Source: a virus. Taken from it: a stretch of 64,000 nucleotides of DNA. Shown here one piece after another: positions 29,514 to 42,400 of this stretch. The DNA is taken from positions 32,001-96,000 of IMG/VR virus record IMGVR_UViG_3300025093_000011. One strand, written 5' to 3'. The translations under genes were made by a program, and so were the position numbers. Position 1 is the stretch's first letter; the number at the start of each line of letters is the position of its first letter. Under the pieces are notes generated by a model. It saw only the letters and a list, made by a program, of their open reading frames with translations. It was not told the origin of the DNA and made no database searches.

Positions 29514-32500
29514 ATGGCTGAAGAATTAGAAAATCAGAATATGCAAGATGTTGCTAATGAGCAAATGAATCAACAAATGATGTCTCAGCAAGATCAAGCA
29601 AATCAACAAGAGCAATCTGTTGAGCAAAAGGTATTTAATCTTGACAATACTCAAAACGAACCTGTAGATCCAAATGTAACATCAACACTTGGTGCAGCAC
29701 AATTAATGAATAATTTAAATACTTCATTTCCAGCTTTACCTGTAGATAATAAATTTGATATACCAGCTCCTCAAGTACAAGAAAATGTTGTAGGTCTTCC
29801 TGATCAACCTCCTGGACCTTATGCTGTTAAAACTCAAGGGGATGCTTTAGTACAGATGCTTCGTGATCAAAGTGAACGTACAAGTAGAACAGAAAACAAA
29901 GATTTTGGAATGTTCTATAATTATGACAATGGTCCTGATGGAAATGCTTTTTATAAAAGGTATGCTGCATTAGTTGGTACTTCTGATTCTTTGTTTGGAG
30001 GAAAAACTTTTGATAATAAAACATTTGATCAAATAGGGTTTTCTCCATTAAGAAATAATGAAGCTAACTTTAATGCACATACTACAGGATGGAATGACTG
30101 GGGTAGAATGTATAGACATTCATTTCCTGTTTTATTTAAAAGAGGTTTTGTAGATGGACCTAAAAGTATGATAAAAGCATTTAGTGGAGATTTTAGAGGT
30201 GCTGATCTTGCTGATGCAAAAGAGTATGAAGAAGCCGCAGCTATAGGAATGTCAAGTAAAGATGGTGTTGGCCCATGGTTTAATAATACTGTAATGAACT
30301 TTGGTTATACTGCAGGTATAATTTTGGAAGCCATAGCAGAAGAATTTGCTCTGAGTGCTATGACTCTTGGTTCTGGAGGACTAGGAGCTGGAGTACAAGC
30401 ATCAAGAACTGCTCAACTTATAAAAGGTATTGGAAAAGGTCTTGGTAAATTTGGATCTGGTGGTAAAGCTGTGAAAGATTTATTAAAAGCAACTAGTACC
30501 GTACCTGGTGCAAGAGGTTTATTTAATGGAGTTAAAAAAACTGGAAAGTTTTTCAACCCTTTAGAAAATACTACAAGTACTATATCTGCTTTATATAAAG
30601 GTTCTAATGGTGGAAAGTATGTAACAGGAATAGCAGCGATGTCAAAAACTGCAGGTGCTTTATATAGAGATATGAGAGCATTGAACATGGCTGTATCTGA
30701 GTCTAGATTAGAAGCAGGAATGGTTGAGAACAAAGTGTTTGATAAACTTTATAAAAAGCACTACAAAGATTTTGGAGTTAGACCTACTGCAAAACAGCAA
30801 GCTGATATGAGAGAGCAAGCTAAAGTAGCTTCTTTATCTACATTTAACTCTAATGCTCCTATAATATATTTAACTAATAGATTAACTTTTAGAAACGTGG
30901 TATCTCCTAAAGGAGGTTTAAGAAATTTTATAAAAAATACAAGAGAAGATATTTATAAAATTGGTGCTACTGCAGGTGAAAGAAATTTTGGAACTTTAGG
31001 TAAAGTTATTTATAACAATAGTAAAAAAGCTTTTGAGTTTGAAGCTAATAACTTAAAAGGTTTAGCTAAAAGTTGGTGGAAAAATCCAGGTTATAAAACA
31101 GCTGCTAAAACATTAGGCTATTTTAAATCTAATTTCTCAGAAGGATTTCAAGAAAACTTTCAAGAAATAGTAGCACGGTCTACTGAAAAATATTACACTG
31201 AGGCATTTGAAACAAATGTTGTTTCTTCAAGTTTGTATGCTAATGCAGTAAATGACATGACATTTAAAATACAAACAGGAAGTGTACCAACAAATGTTTA
31301 TAGAGATGAAATTAAGAATGAACTTAGTGCTGAAGGATTTAAAACCTTTGCTTCAGGTTTTGCAATGGGTATGTTCTCAGCACCTTTAAATCAAGCAATA
31401 CCTTTTTTAAGTACTCAGTATAATAGAATATATCATAAAGATGAATATGTTAAATGGAAAAGAGATAAATTAAAAATTACTAAAGAGTTAGCTAAAGACT
31501 TAAATAATATAAATACAGGAGATCTTTTAAATCAGAGATTAATGAATGTTGGCATGCAAGATATAATAGCTGACATTTATAAAAATGGTAGCAAAAAAGA
31601 AGCTCTTGATGCAGAATTAGAAGGTTTTGTTAAAACTGTTTCTGTAATGAGTAAGACAGGAACGTTTGGTGTCTTCATTGATAAGTTGGAAGAAATGAAA
31701 ACTCAAACAGATGAAGAATTAATAGATGATGTTGGTTCATCTGATATTAAAGAAGCTCCAAAGTATAGAGAAAGAATTGATAGAACTATTGCTAGGTTAA
31801 AGTCTATTGATGAAAATCTTAAAACTGCTAGAGAAAAATTAGAAAATCCTGTAACAGATGAAATGATAGAAACTGCTGCTGATAATAAAGAGAAAGAATC
31901 TCTTAAAACATTACAATCAGCTTGGAATAAATCTGTAACAAATTTTGTTTTCTTTAATGAAAGTTTTAAGGATACATTACAAAGAATGAATTCTATTCAA
32001 ACCAACTATTTAAAAGGTGATCTTTTATCAGATGTTGATTATGCTGCTTCTAAAGTAATATTTGAACCAACCAAAAGAATTAAAGGTCAGATAAATATTT
32101 TAAAATCAGAAATAGAAATAGAAGAAAATAAAGATGACACTAATAAAACAAAAGTAAGAGACCTTAAAAATCAAATTAAATATTTAGAGGAGTATGAAAA
32201 AGCTTACACTGAATTTAATAAGTTTTATAATAGAGGTCCACTTGTTGCAGCTGCAGTTAAGTCTTTAAAAGAATCTGGAGTAAAAGAACCTACTGAAGAG
32301 CAAATTGAAAAAGAAGTAAATAAGAAAGTAGGGAAGATAGATGATGAAAAGAAACAAGTTTTAATTTTAGGAAATCTTAAAAAAGCACATGATGAATATA
32401 TAAAATCTCTTGCAACAGATGCTGCTGTTCCAATGCTTCAAGAAAATTTAGATAAAGCTTTTAATGAACTTCTTGATTTCTATAAGCTTGGAGAAGAGTC

Positions 32501-35500
32501 ATCAATGATGGCTAACTATATAAATATTCTACATGATCCAGGAGAGTTTTTAAAACTTGTAACTGAAACTCAAAAAGCTCAAGAAGAAGCTCAAGCTAAA
32601 ATGGAAAGTCTTATAAAAAACTTAATTGATAAACAAGTAAAAAATGTAGAGCATAATCAATTATTAAATACTTTAGCAAGCCATGCTCCTCCACTATTTT
32701 TTGCAGAAGGTCAGTTTATTGACTTTTATAATAATGGTATTGAGCCAACTCATTTCTTAGGTATTGATGGTGAAAGATATGAAAAAGGATCTCCTGAATA
32801 TGGTTCAGGATTAGCTCTAGTTAAAAAACAATTAGAGCTTAACAAGATTAAATTATCAAATGTAGATACTGCAAAAAATATTGAGATGACTCCTGAGATG
32901 AAAAAGTCTGTAGAAATGATCAAAGCAGTATTTGCTGATTCTATGGATATAATATCAAGCCAAGGAGTCTATAAGTTCCAAGGTGTTGACTTTGAAAGAG
33001 TTTCTAATATAGTTAATAGTATATATGGTGATTATGGTTATCAAGATATAAATAATAGATTATTTGGTGTAGAGTTTAATGAGAGTTTTAGTGATCCTGT
33101 ATTTAATGAAAAATTACAAAGACAGGTAAATAGAGTAGATGAGTCTGGTAATGAAATATTTAACTTTAATGAAGCTACTATAAACTCTTACATAGATAAG
33201 CTTGCTGCAGCTAACTTACCTGGATTTAATACAGCAACAATAAATAATTTAAGATCAGAGCTTTTAAGTTTAGCAGAAGGTAATATTTTAAATTCAAATC
33301 AAAAAGAAATTGATAAGCTTACTAAGCTGAAAGAAAATGAACAGTCTCAGTTTAGAAAAGAAAATTTAGATAGAGAGATTAAAAAATTGCAAGAAGAGTC
33401 TACTATAACTGAAGATTTAAATTTAGAACGTGTAAAACAAGTCATAACAGATATAATTCCAAGAATTACTTATGAGTCTGGTAGACAAAGAGGGGATACT
33501 CTGGATGCTTTGGTTAGAGACTTTTTTGATGCTAGTATTACAGATTTTACTTATGACTCAACTAAAATTACTAAAGAAGCTTTTGAAACATTGTTTGGTG
33601 AAAACGGTTTTTTAACTAAATTAAAAGAAGCTGAGTCTAGAGGTGATATTTATGTATTCTCAAAAAATTTAACATTAGCAGATAATAATTTATCAGATAA
33701 AGATGGTAATTTATTGCCACCTGCTGCAGGTTCTTTAGATTTAGTTATTGTAGATAAGAGTGGTAAAGTTTATATTGCTGATTTAAAAACGGGTTCATTA
33801 AATAAATGGAATAGTTATCAGGTAGCATCACCGGGAACTAAACAACAATATAATTATAAAAAGTATTTCCAAAATAGTATGCAGCAAAGAGCATATGCAA
33901 ATCTTCTTTACAATAAAAGTAACGGAATGATTGATGCTGAAACTTTAATACTTCCTGTACAAACTAAAGAAGATCCTGAAACTGGTAAAGTTACATTAGC
34001 TAGCAAACCTGAACAAGGTGACTTAGTAGCAATTCCTGAAATTCTTGAAGAGGAAATGTTTATTTATGCTGATAAAGATCTTAAATATATAGACGAAGAT
34101 AATAATCTTTACATGGTTCTTCAGATTGATAAGAAAATACCTAGAATAGATAAAGGTACTGATCAAAAAGAAATGAATGATGAAGAGGTTTTAAATGATG
34201 CTATAAAAGAACTACAGTCTGAATTAGAAGAATTAAGAAAAGATGAAACTCCTTCACAAAAAAGAATTAATGAAGTAGAGTTAGAACTTAAGCAAACTAG
34301 AAGTATACTTGCAGAATCAAAATTAACACCTGAACAAAAAGCAAAAAGAGACGCTGATGCTGAACGTACTGCTTATAACAAAGCTGTAACTAAAAGAAAA
34401 AATAAAGCCTTTAAAGAAATAAAAGAAACTAAATTAATTATAAGTGATAGAAATTCTTCAGGTTACAAAACTACTTATACAGATAGTAATGGTGAAGTTT
34501 ATATTTTAAATGAAATCATTCTTCCTCAAAAAGATAAAGAAACCGGAAAATATAAACCTATTACTGAAGCAGATAAACAACGTGCTTATAAAAAAATACA
34601 AAGAAGAATATTAAATTTAGCTGACTTTGATAAGAGTGATTATAAAAGACAAGCTAAAGTAGACAATACTATTGATAATATTACAGGTAGAACTTTTCCA
34701 TTCTTTGTTGGTAAAGATGCATTAGGAAATCCTTATGAACACAACCTTACAGTACTCAGTGTTTATGTAATGGATGATGGTAACTATAGAATAAGAGCTA
34801 AAAATAATGTTAACCAGAATGGTTATGATATGGTTGTTACACCTGACGGTGATGTTGTAAAACATTTTAGAGAAGGTAGATTTAGTCCATCTGAAAATGA
34901 AATAATTTTTAGTGCTGATAGTTTTGCTAGACAAAAAACTGAAGCTGAAAAAGAAGAAGAAAAAGATTCTGTTACAGATAAGAGAGCTGACATAGAAAAA
35001 AGAAGAGAAATAAGTTTAATAGTAGTAGATCAGCTTTCAGAGGAAGAAGTTAAAGAATTAGATAAATACGATGAAATTGAAGCAGCAATGCCTATAGCTG
35101 GAGATTCTGAAACTGGTTATGAAGCTTACTATTACCCAAATATTAATGAAGAAGTTTATTCAACTGATGACCTTAGTGAAGAAGATAGTAAAGATATAAA
35201 CAAAGTAAAAGCTTGGGTAAACGCTAAATATGATGCAGAATTAGCTGCTTTAGAAGCTAAAGGCAAACCTGTTGCTGAACCAGAATCTTATAAAAATGCT
35301 GTTGAAGAATACAAAAAAACAGATTTAGGAGGTGGTACAGAAGCACAAATAGCAAAAGATAATCTTATAAAAGAAGCTAAAACTAAAGAAGGAAAAGCTT
35401 TTGTAGAAGATCAAGTTGATAGATTAGAAAAAAATGATGATGGTACTATTACAGTTTATAGAGCTGGAACTATACAGGAGGGTAATATTCCTGTAACAAC

Positions 35501-36464
35501 AAGTAAACAAACTGCAGAACTTATAGCTGAAGAAAGAAAAGGACAAGGATTAAGTTCAGAAATTCAAGAGTTTAAGGTTATGCCGAGTGATGTTGCAGCA
35601 GTAGTTCCAGGAATAGAATCTGAACTTTTAATAAATATTAATACTGGTAATATTAATAGAATTTCAAATACCGCTAATAAACAAGAGAAAGCTTTAGAAG
35701 AACTTCTAAGTGAAAAAGAACAAATTCAAAATGAGCTTTCTAAAGTAGAAGCTGATTTAGCAAAAACTAAAAAAGATAAAAGTGAAGGAACTTTTCCTTT
35801 TGCAGATAGCATATATAACAAAGCTGTAAAAGACAAGACTACTAAAATTAAAAATTTAAAATATCAAATAGTAAAGCTTGATAAACAAATAGCTGCTTTA
35901 GATAAAAATAAAATAGATTCTACTGACTATGTTGCAAGTATTGAAAACATGCAAGATACTGGAGTCTATGATAATTTATTTGATACCTATCAGGCACTAG
36001 ATAGAGATAAAGTAAACTTAAAACCATCTGAGTATAATATGTATAAATCTCAACTTGATGATTTAGCTACTTTAGCATTTAATCTAACAGAGTCTGAAAA
36101 AATTGATAGCTTTAAAAAGTATGATGTGGTAAATGTTCTTCAAGATAAAAATGGTAAACCTTATTTATCAAGTGGTGATCAGTTTAGAGTTGTTAATGCA
36201 AATGTAAAAGACAATACTATAACTGTTAAGAAAGCAGGTAAAGGAAATAATAAAACAAAAACTATAACTCTTGATGGTTATAAGAAAGCTATTCAAGTTT
36301 CTGATCCAGGAACTGGAGATAGAAGTTCATCTGAAATAGATAATAATAAAGAATCTAAAACAAAGTTTGAAGATTATATAGCAGATAAAGAAAATTTAGA
36401 TAAATTAGATGGTCAGAATAATCAGCCTGAAGATTATAATGATGACAGTATTTTTAAATGTTAG
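29514..36464 (+). CDS. Giant ejection protein with PD-(D/E)XK nuclease-like and putative ADP-ribosyltransferase-like domains
   Basis: 2316 aa with Gly/Ala-rich amphipathic N-terminal helices. 'GSLDLVIVDKSGKVYIADLKTG...Q.RAYANLL' at 33726-33910 and 'TITVYRAG...VTTSKQTA...GIESELL' at 35436-35640. The only Cys is the last residue. Confidence 0.65.
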   Translation: MAEELENQNMQDVANEQMNQQMMSQQDQANQQEQSVEQKVFNLDNTQNEPVDPNVTSTLGAAQLMNNLNTSFPALPVDNKFDIPAPQVQENVVGLPDQPPGPYAVKTQGDALVQMLRDQSERTSRTENKDFGMFYNYDNGPDGNAFYKRYAALVGTSDSLFGGKTFDNKTFDQIGFSPLRNNEANFNAHTTGWNDWGRMYRHSFPVLFKRGFVDGPKSMIKAFSGDFRGADLADAKEYEEAAAIGMSSKDGVGPWFNNTVMNFGYTAGIILEAIAEEFALSAMTLGSGGLGAGVQASRTAQLIKGIGKGLGKFGSGGKAVKDLLKATSTVPGARGLFNGVKKTGKFFNPLENTTSTISALYKGSNGGKYVTGIAAMSKTAGALYRDMRALNMAVSESRLEAGMVENKVFDKLYKKHYKDFGVRPTAKQQADMREQAKVASLSTFNSNAPIIYLTNRLTFRNVVSPKGGLRNFIKNTREDIYKIGATAGERNFGTLGKVIYNNSKKAFEFEANNLKGLAKSWWKNPGYKTAAKTLGYFKSNFSEGFQENFQEIVARSTEKYYTEAFETNVVSSSLYANAVNDMTFKIQTGSVPTNVYRDEIKNELSAEGFKTFASGFAMGMFSAPLNQAIPFLSTQYNRIYHKDEYVKWKRDKLKITKELAKDLNNINTGDLLNQRLMNVGMQDIIADIYKNGSKKEALDAELEGFVKTVSVMSKTGTFGVFIDKLEEMKTQTDEELIDDVGSSDIKEAPKYRERIDRTIARLKSIDENLKTAREKLENPVTDEMIETAADNKEKESLKTLQSAWNKSVTNFVFFNESFKDTLQRMNSIQTNYLKGDLLSDVDYAASKVIFEPTKRIKGQINILKSEIEIEENKDDTNKTKVRDLKNQIKYLEEYEKAYTEFNKFYNRGPLVAAAVKSLKESGVKEPTEEQIEKEVNKKVGKIDDEKKQVLILGNLKKAHDEYIKSLATDAAVPMLQENLDKAFNELLDFYKLGEESSMMANYINILHDPGEFLKLVTETQKAQEEAQAKMESLIKNLIDKQVKNVEHNQLLNTLASHAPPLFFAEGQFIDFYNNGIEPTHFLGIDGERYEKGSPEYGSGLALVKKQLELNKIKLSNVDTAKNIEMTPEMKKSVEMIKAVFADSMDIISSQGVYKFQGVDFERVSNIVNSIYGDYGYQDINNRLFGVEFNESFSDPVFNEKLQRQVNRVDESGNEIFNFNEATINSYIDKLAAANLPGFNTATINNLRSELLSLAEGNILNSNQKEIDKLTKLKENEQSQFRKENLDREIKKLQEESTITEDLNLERVKQVITDIIPRITYESGRQRGDTLDALVRDFFDASITDFTYDSTKITKEAFETLFGENGFLTKLKEAESRGDIYVFSKNLTLADNNLSDKDGNLLPPAAGSLDLVIVDKSGKVYIADLKTGSLNKWNSYQVASPGTKQQYNYKKYFQNSMQQRAYANLLYNKSNGMIDAETLILPVQTKEDPETGKVTLASKPEQGDLVAIPEILEEEMFIYADKDLKYIDEDNNLYMVLQIDKKIPRIDKGTDQKEMNDEEVLNDAIKELQSELEELRKDETPSQKRINEVELELKQTRSILAESKLTPEQKAKRDADAERTAYNKAVTKRKNKAFKEIKETKLIISDRNSSGYKTTYTDSNGEVYILNEIILPQKDKETGKYKPITEADKQRAYKKIQRRILNLADFDKSDYKRQAKVDNTIDNITGRTFPFFVGKDALGNPYEHNLTVLSVYVMDDGNYRIRAKNNVNQNGYDMVVTPDGDVVKHFREGRFSPSENEIIFSADSFARQKTEAEKEEEKDSVTDKRADIEKRREISLIVVDQLSEEEVKELDKYDEIEAAMPIAGDSETGYEAYYYPNINEEVYSTDDLSEEDSKDINKVKAWVNAKYDAELAALEAKGKPVAEPESYKNAVEEYKKTDLGGGTEAQIAKDNLIKEAKTKEGKAFVEDQVDRLEKNDDGTITVYRAGTIQEGNIPVTTSKQTAELIAEERKGQGLSSEIQEFKVMPSDVAAVVPGIESELLININTGNINRISNTANKQEKALEELLSEKEQIQNELSKVEADLAKTKKDKSEGTFPFADSIYNKAVKDKTTKIKNLKYQIVKLDKQIAALDKNKIDSTDYVASIENMQDTGVYDNLFDTYQALDRDKVNLKPSEYNMYKSQLDDLATLAFNLTESEKIDSFKKYDVVNVLQDKNGKPYLSSGDQFRVVNANVKDNTITVKKAGKGNNKTKTITLDGYKKAIQVSDPGTGDRSSSEIDNNKESKTKFEDYIADKENLDKLDGQNNQPEDYNDDSIFKC

Positions 36465-36477
36465 TAAATAAAAGGTA

Positions 36478-39400
36478 ATGATAAAGTGTACACTTGGACA
36501 ACCACAATTTGATTGGCTTTACGGTTCTACTAAAGCTGCAATAAAAGCTGAATTAGATAATGGTAAGTCTTTTAATGTTAGTTCATATATGGATTTCTTA
36601 TATGAAAGAATTAAAAAGGCTGAAGATGCTGATAGAGCTGCTCAATTTTTAGCAGTTACTCCTGATATATTAGACCTTGTTATATCTAGAAATTATGCAG
36701 ATAATATTGATAATATAACTGGAGTAGAGCAGTTAACTAAGTTAAGAGCTAAGTTCTCTAATCCTGAAAGTAACATTGATAATGTAATTGAATTTTTTGA
36801 AAAAGATAATAAAGTTAATTTAGAAATAAATAAACAAAATAAAATCAATACTAAAGGAGCTACAGTAAATAAAGTTGATACTAAATATAAATCAGGTGGT
36901 CCAAGACTTTTAGCTAATACAATTTTATCTGCAACTTTTCCTGAGTATAAATCTGAAGGAGGAAAGTTTGATCCAGAAACTATTAATCCTGAAAGAAATC
37001 TTATAAATAAAACATTAAGTAAGATAGCTGAGTCAATTGATTTACAAAGTTCTCTTTTGCAGTTTCCTGAATATCAAGGTAAGAAGATTGCACTTAGAGC
37101 AGTTAACATGTCTAGTTTTACTTATGGTGGTACAGCAGAAGGTAGAACTAACTTTAGTAAATTAGATTCTACTACACAAGATGAGATCATGAGATCTAGA
37201 AAATTATCTAGTGCTGCTATAGCTAAATCTGATGTGACTCAAGTTAACAAAAGAGCTTTAATTGTAGTCATTGATGCAGAGACTGGTAAACCTTTGTCAT
37301 TTAATTTTAATGGAGATATTGTTGATTCTAAAGATATAAATGGAAAATATGTTTTTCAGTTTATGAGAGACATACAAAAAGTTGGAAATACTTATACTGT
37401 AAAAGATATTTATGGTATAGAAGATAGAGTTGATACATCAAACGTTGACCAAAAAGACCTTGAAGATGCTTATAAGTTAAAACAAAAAGCTTTAAGAGGT
37501 GATGGTGTAGTTCTAAACTTTTTAGGAATGACAGAAGGTGTAGATTCACAACTTACTAAAAAAGAGTTTAGTCTTAAAGAGCTTATGGATCAAGGACAGA
37601 TAAAGGAAAAAGACTTAAGTACTTTAAAAGTTTTACCTAAAGATTCTTTTGGTTTTAAAGCTGGATCAACTGTTATAAAAATTAACGGTACTTATTATAA
37701 GTTAAAAGGAAATAGAGTAACACCTGTAGTAGATCAAATTATAGATGTGCTCTTTTCTAAAAAGGTTGGAAGAAAACAGAAGATTGAATTCTATTCTCAG
37801 TTTATTCCGGAAAATAATAAACATAGATTAACTTATACAGCAAGGAGACATGTTATAACACCACTGAAAAACGGTAGAATAGCAATACAAATATTTGATA
37901 AAGTTGCTAAAACAGAAGAAGGTTGGCCGACTGTTGATGGTAAAACAGAAGGTTTAACACATACTTTCTTTATTGCTGAAAACGGAGATGTAATTGATAA
38001 AACTCCTATGGGTGAAGTTGTAGTTACTAATCCTGAATCAGTAGAAGAACTAAAAAATATATTTAGAGATGCATTAAATAATGCTTATGCTCCACCAAAA
38101 GGAGGTGCTAGTTTTATGCATTATGATACAGATCTTATAGAGAGACCTAATGACTTTTTAGAATATAGAGATGGAAAATTCCCATCTAGAAACTATATAG
38201 ATTTTTTAATGTCTCAACCTTCTATAGTAGAAATACAAGCTTCACAAAAAGGTTTCTTTAATAAGCAAATACTATTTGAAGAATCAAATAAAGAAGTTAA
38301 AAAGGAAGATCCTAATGCAGATCTTATGGGTCCTAAAAGAACTTTAAGTGCAGAAGAATTAGCATTGATTGACCTTTCTGAAAATTTAGAAAAGTATAGA
38401 AAACTTTTACCAAAACAAACTACAGAAAACTATGCTGTTCTTTCATATATTTTAGATCAAGTAACTGGAAATAGATATAGTGAACAACTTGCTAGAGATG
38501 TATTTGATCTTTATAATGGGCCTTTACAAAATACTTTTACTAGTGCACAAGTAAAAGAATTTAATAGAAAGTTAAATAGTTTATTCCCACCTATTACACC
38601 TGAGCAAAATAAAAAAGATATTGAAGATAATCAGGATGATATAAGTGGTCAAACATCTTTAGATCTTGATTTAGATAGATCTGGAAACTTAACTTCAGAT
38701 ACTATTTCAAAAGAAGATTTAAAGAATGCAAATGACTTTTGGAAGAATAGTAAATTAGGTAAAAAGTTAAGTAAATATATTGAGCTTAACCGTGCTGCAA
38801 ATATTGCAAACTCTGATGCATATGCAAAGTTCATTATTGATGGAGCACAATTATTAAATCCAGATGTCTTAGGTAGAATAGACATAAATAAAGCTAAGGG
38901 AACTTTAGTAGATGTGTATCATGAAGCTTTTCATGGATTTACACAGCTGTTTTTATCTAAACAAGAAAAGATTGATTTATATAATGCTGTTTTAAATTAT
39001 AAAGATAAGTCTGGAAGAAAGCCTTATGAAAATATGAGTGAGTTAGAAATTGAAGAATTTCTTGCAGAAGACTTCAGAACTTACATGAAAGGTAACTATA
39101 AAAGAAAAAGCACTTTAATAAATAGAATTTTTAGAAGAATCTTAAATATTTTAAAAGCTATATTTGGTGTAAAAAGTAAACCAGTTGTATCTAGCTTAAA
39201 GGTTGATGCAATGGCTATACCTGCTGTAAATGAACTTTATACAAAACTTAATTTTTCTGAAAAGTATCCTGGCTTTTTAAATAAGTATAAAGCTAGTATA
39301 GATAATGTTATGTTTTATCAACTAGACCGTGGTGTTACTGCTGTTGATAAATTAAAGAATGAAAAATATAGAAGAACTGTATTATCTAAACAAGATTCTG

Positions 39401-42400
39401 ACTTTATGTCTAGTAATATAGATTCTATCATATCAGAAGAAATTGATAAGTTTTACGATGTTAAAGTTGGTAAGTCAACAAATTCAGAATTAATTGCTAA
39501 ATATAAAGGAGCTAATATATCTGCTTTATTAAAACCAGGAAATAGAGCACAGATTTATAAAGAAGTTTTAAAAAGATTAAAAGACACTTTAGCTGAGTTG
39601 ACTGATAAACATTCTACTAGTGAAAACACTATAAGTAAAATAGAAGATTTTGAAGGAATAGAAACTGCTGCCGTTGCAACCTTAGTAGTAAATGAAGACG
39701 ACTCTACTAAAGATCCTAATAAATATTTTTTCTTAAGTTCTCAAATTGATTCATTTGATAATCTAACTCCTAATATGAAAAGAGGAGATAGAATTAAAGG
39801 TGAAACTTGGCAAGGTGTTAAAATAGTAGGTGATTACTATGTGCATAATACTATTAAAGATGGTAGCAATAGAAAAGCAGAAATAATTGTAATATCTGAA
39901 TTAGAAGATGCTGAAATTCAATTTGATAATTATATAAAAGCTGGTGCAAAAAAATATGAGAGAGTAGATGTTAAAGAAGCTACAGAGCCTGAATTAACAA
40001 TTGAAGATGAGAATGTTTTAAATAACATGCGTCTTTTAGAAACCTCAATAAAAAACTTTGGTGATCCTTTCTATGAATCAAAAGGTGGTAAACCCACAGG
40101 TCTTATTAAATATCATTTACAAAATTCAGATTTTGAATTTGGTAAAGTTAAGTATGTTGTTGAGGAAGAAGTAAATGAAAAAGGAGATGAATTAGGAGAA
40201 TCAGACTCACCAGTATCTGAAGGTCTTGAAAGTATGGATCCTGAATATTATGATAATAAAAAGTCATTATATGATTTAGCAGATAGTGAAGTTATTTATC
40301 TACTAAAAGGATTATTTAAAGTTGATTCTAATGGAAAGCCTATAAAGAATTCTTTAGGATTTAATGAAAGAGAAGACTTTAGAAGTACTTGGAACTTGGT
40401 TTCTAAAAGTATTGGAGGTATTCAAGATAGACAAAAAGCATTTGATATTTTAAAAGAAGAAGCAGAATTATTTCCTGCTTTAAAACAATTAGTTGATTAT
40501 AAACTGCCAGGCCCAGAAGGTATTAAGAATACTTATGCATTTGATATTAGCTCATCTTTTTGGCATACATTTGCTAGACCATCTGCAAAGTTTTGGCAAG
40601 TATCAGTTATAGAGGGTGAACCTGTACTACAAGAATCTTCTCCAGCAGCAGCTAAAGTATTAACTAATTTTAAAAGTTACTTTAAAAGCTTTCCTAATCC
40701 TTATGTTAAAGATCAAACTTTAAACTTAGAGAAGCTTGTTAAGTCTTTTAGCAATAACAATGGAGAGATTAACTCTAAAGATTTTAAAAGTTTTTTAAAT
40801 GCTTTAGGTATTATTCTTGACAATACTAAAAAAATTAATACTGCAATAGATAACTCTGATGTTCAAATAAATAAATTATTTGATTTAGTTAAAGACATAG
40901 AAACTATTTCGCAAAAAGAAACTTTAAGTAAGAATGAAAAAATACTAGTAAGTAGATTTACACAAGATCCTATTACTACATTACAAACTTTAGAATGGAG
41001 TAAATTTATGTATTTACTTCCTAGTTTTAAAACAGTTCAGATATTAGCACCAGTATCAACTATTAATTTATTTGCTAATTTGCAGTCTAAGTATGGATTT
41101 GATTCTCCTGTAGAAAATATAATTCTTCCTGATGGCAATAAAGCTTTTGCTGTTACAAATCATAGTTCAGTTAGTTCTATGGTAGATGGTATAAATAATT
41201 TAGATGAATTAGATAATGCTTGGGCAGATACTAATTCACATATGTCTTTTCTAGATCCTTCTAAAAACTTCTTTACAAATAGGTCAAAACTAATAGCATC
41301 TATTTTTGATCCAGTTACCGGTAAAAAAATTAAAGGTAGAGAATTAAACTTTTTAGCTTTTGCAGGTTTAGAAGTGGTTGATGAAATGGTTGCTCAGGGA
41401 ATTAATACTCCAGATCTAGTTCCTATAGATAAATTTTACTTAGCATATAATACAATGATGCAAAAAGGAATTGGTGAGTTTATTAGACATGCTGAGAAAA
41501 GAATGGCTTTTGGTATAGCACCAAATGAAAAAAGTCAAGTGATTTTAGATAATGGTTTAAAGTCCGGGACAGATGGTCTATGGATTTCTAAAGATTTATT
41601 TCAAAATGAATTAGAAGTTAGTGAAGGTGAGTTAATGGCTATTGAAGGTTACTTACTAGATTATATAGGTGTTGAGTTTGATAGAATTAGTTTCTTTAAA
41701 AAGAATCCAGAAGTATTGAAAAATACAATAGGATTTAATAGAGATGTAAGAGGTACTAAAGCTGGTTTAACTTTTGGTTTAACAGATGATCTTTTAACTA
41801 AAGATATTAAAAAGACTTTAACTGGATTAGCTGAAACTTTAGATGAGAATGAAGACATTGTTGAATACATAAAAGCAGATTCTAAACTTTATGATGAAAT
41901 TTCAAAAAGCATCACAAATTATTTTAATCAAGTAGCAGAAGAAACTTATAAAAACTATGTAAGTAAAATAAAATCTATACCTCAAGACATGGTTTCAGTA
42001 AAAGCTTTTGTCTATAATGATTACATTAATAAGTTTGAAATGTTTAATCTAATACATGGTGATGCTGTTCAGTTTAATCATAGTAAAGAACAAGCTACTA
42101 AACGTGCACCAGGTTCTACATCTAATGGAGATAGCTTTGTTTATGATGAGTATGCACAAGACTTTATTAATCAGGTGTTTCAGGGAGAAAATGTTAACAC
42201 ATATGCTAAAGAGCTTAGTAAAGAACTAGATGATGAAACTATACAAGACTTTAACTTTGATGGTACTCTTAATACAGGAGTTATAAAAGACCCTAAAAGA
42301 AAGACTGTATATATGGATGAACTAGTTGAGGGTTGGACAGAAGCTTATGAAAAAGCAGGACTGACTCCACAGGAAATAAAATACAGACTTGAAAAAGATC

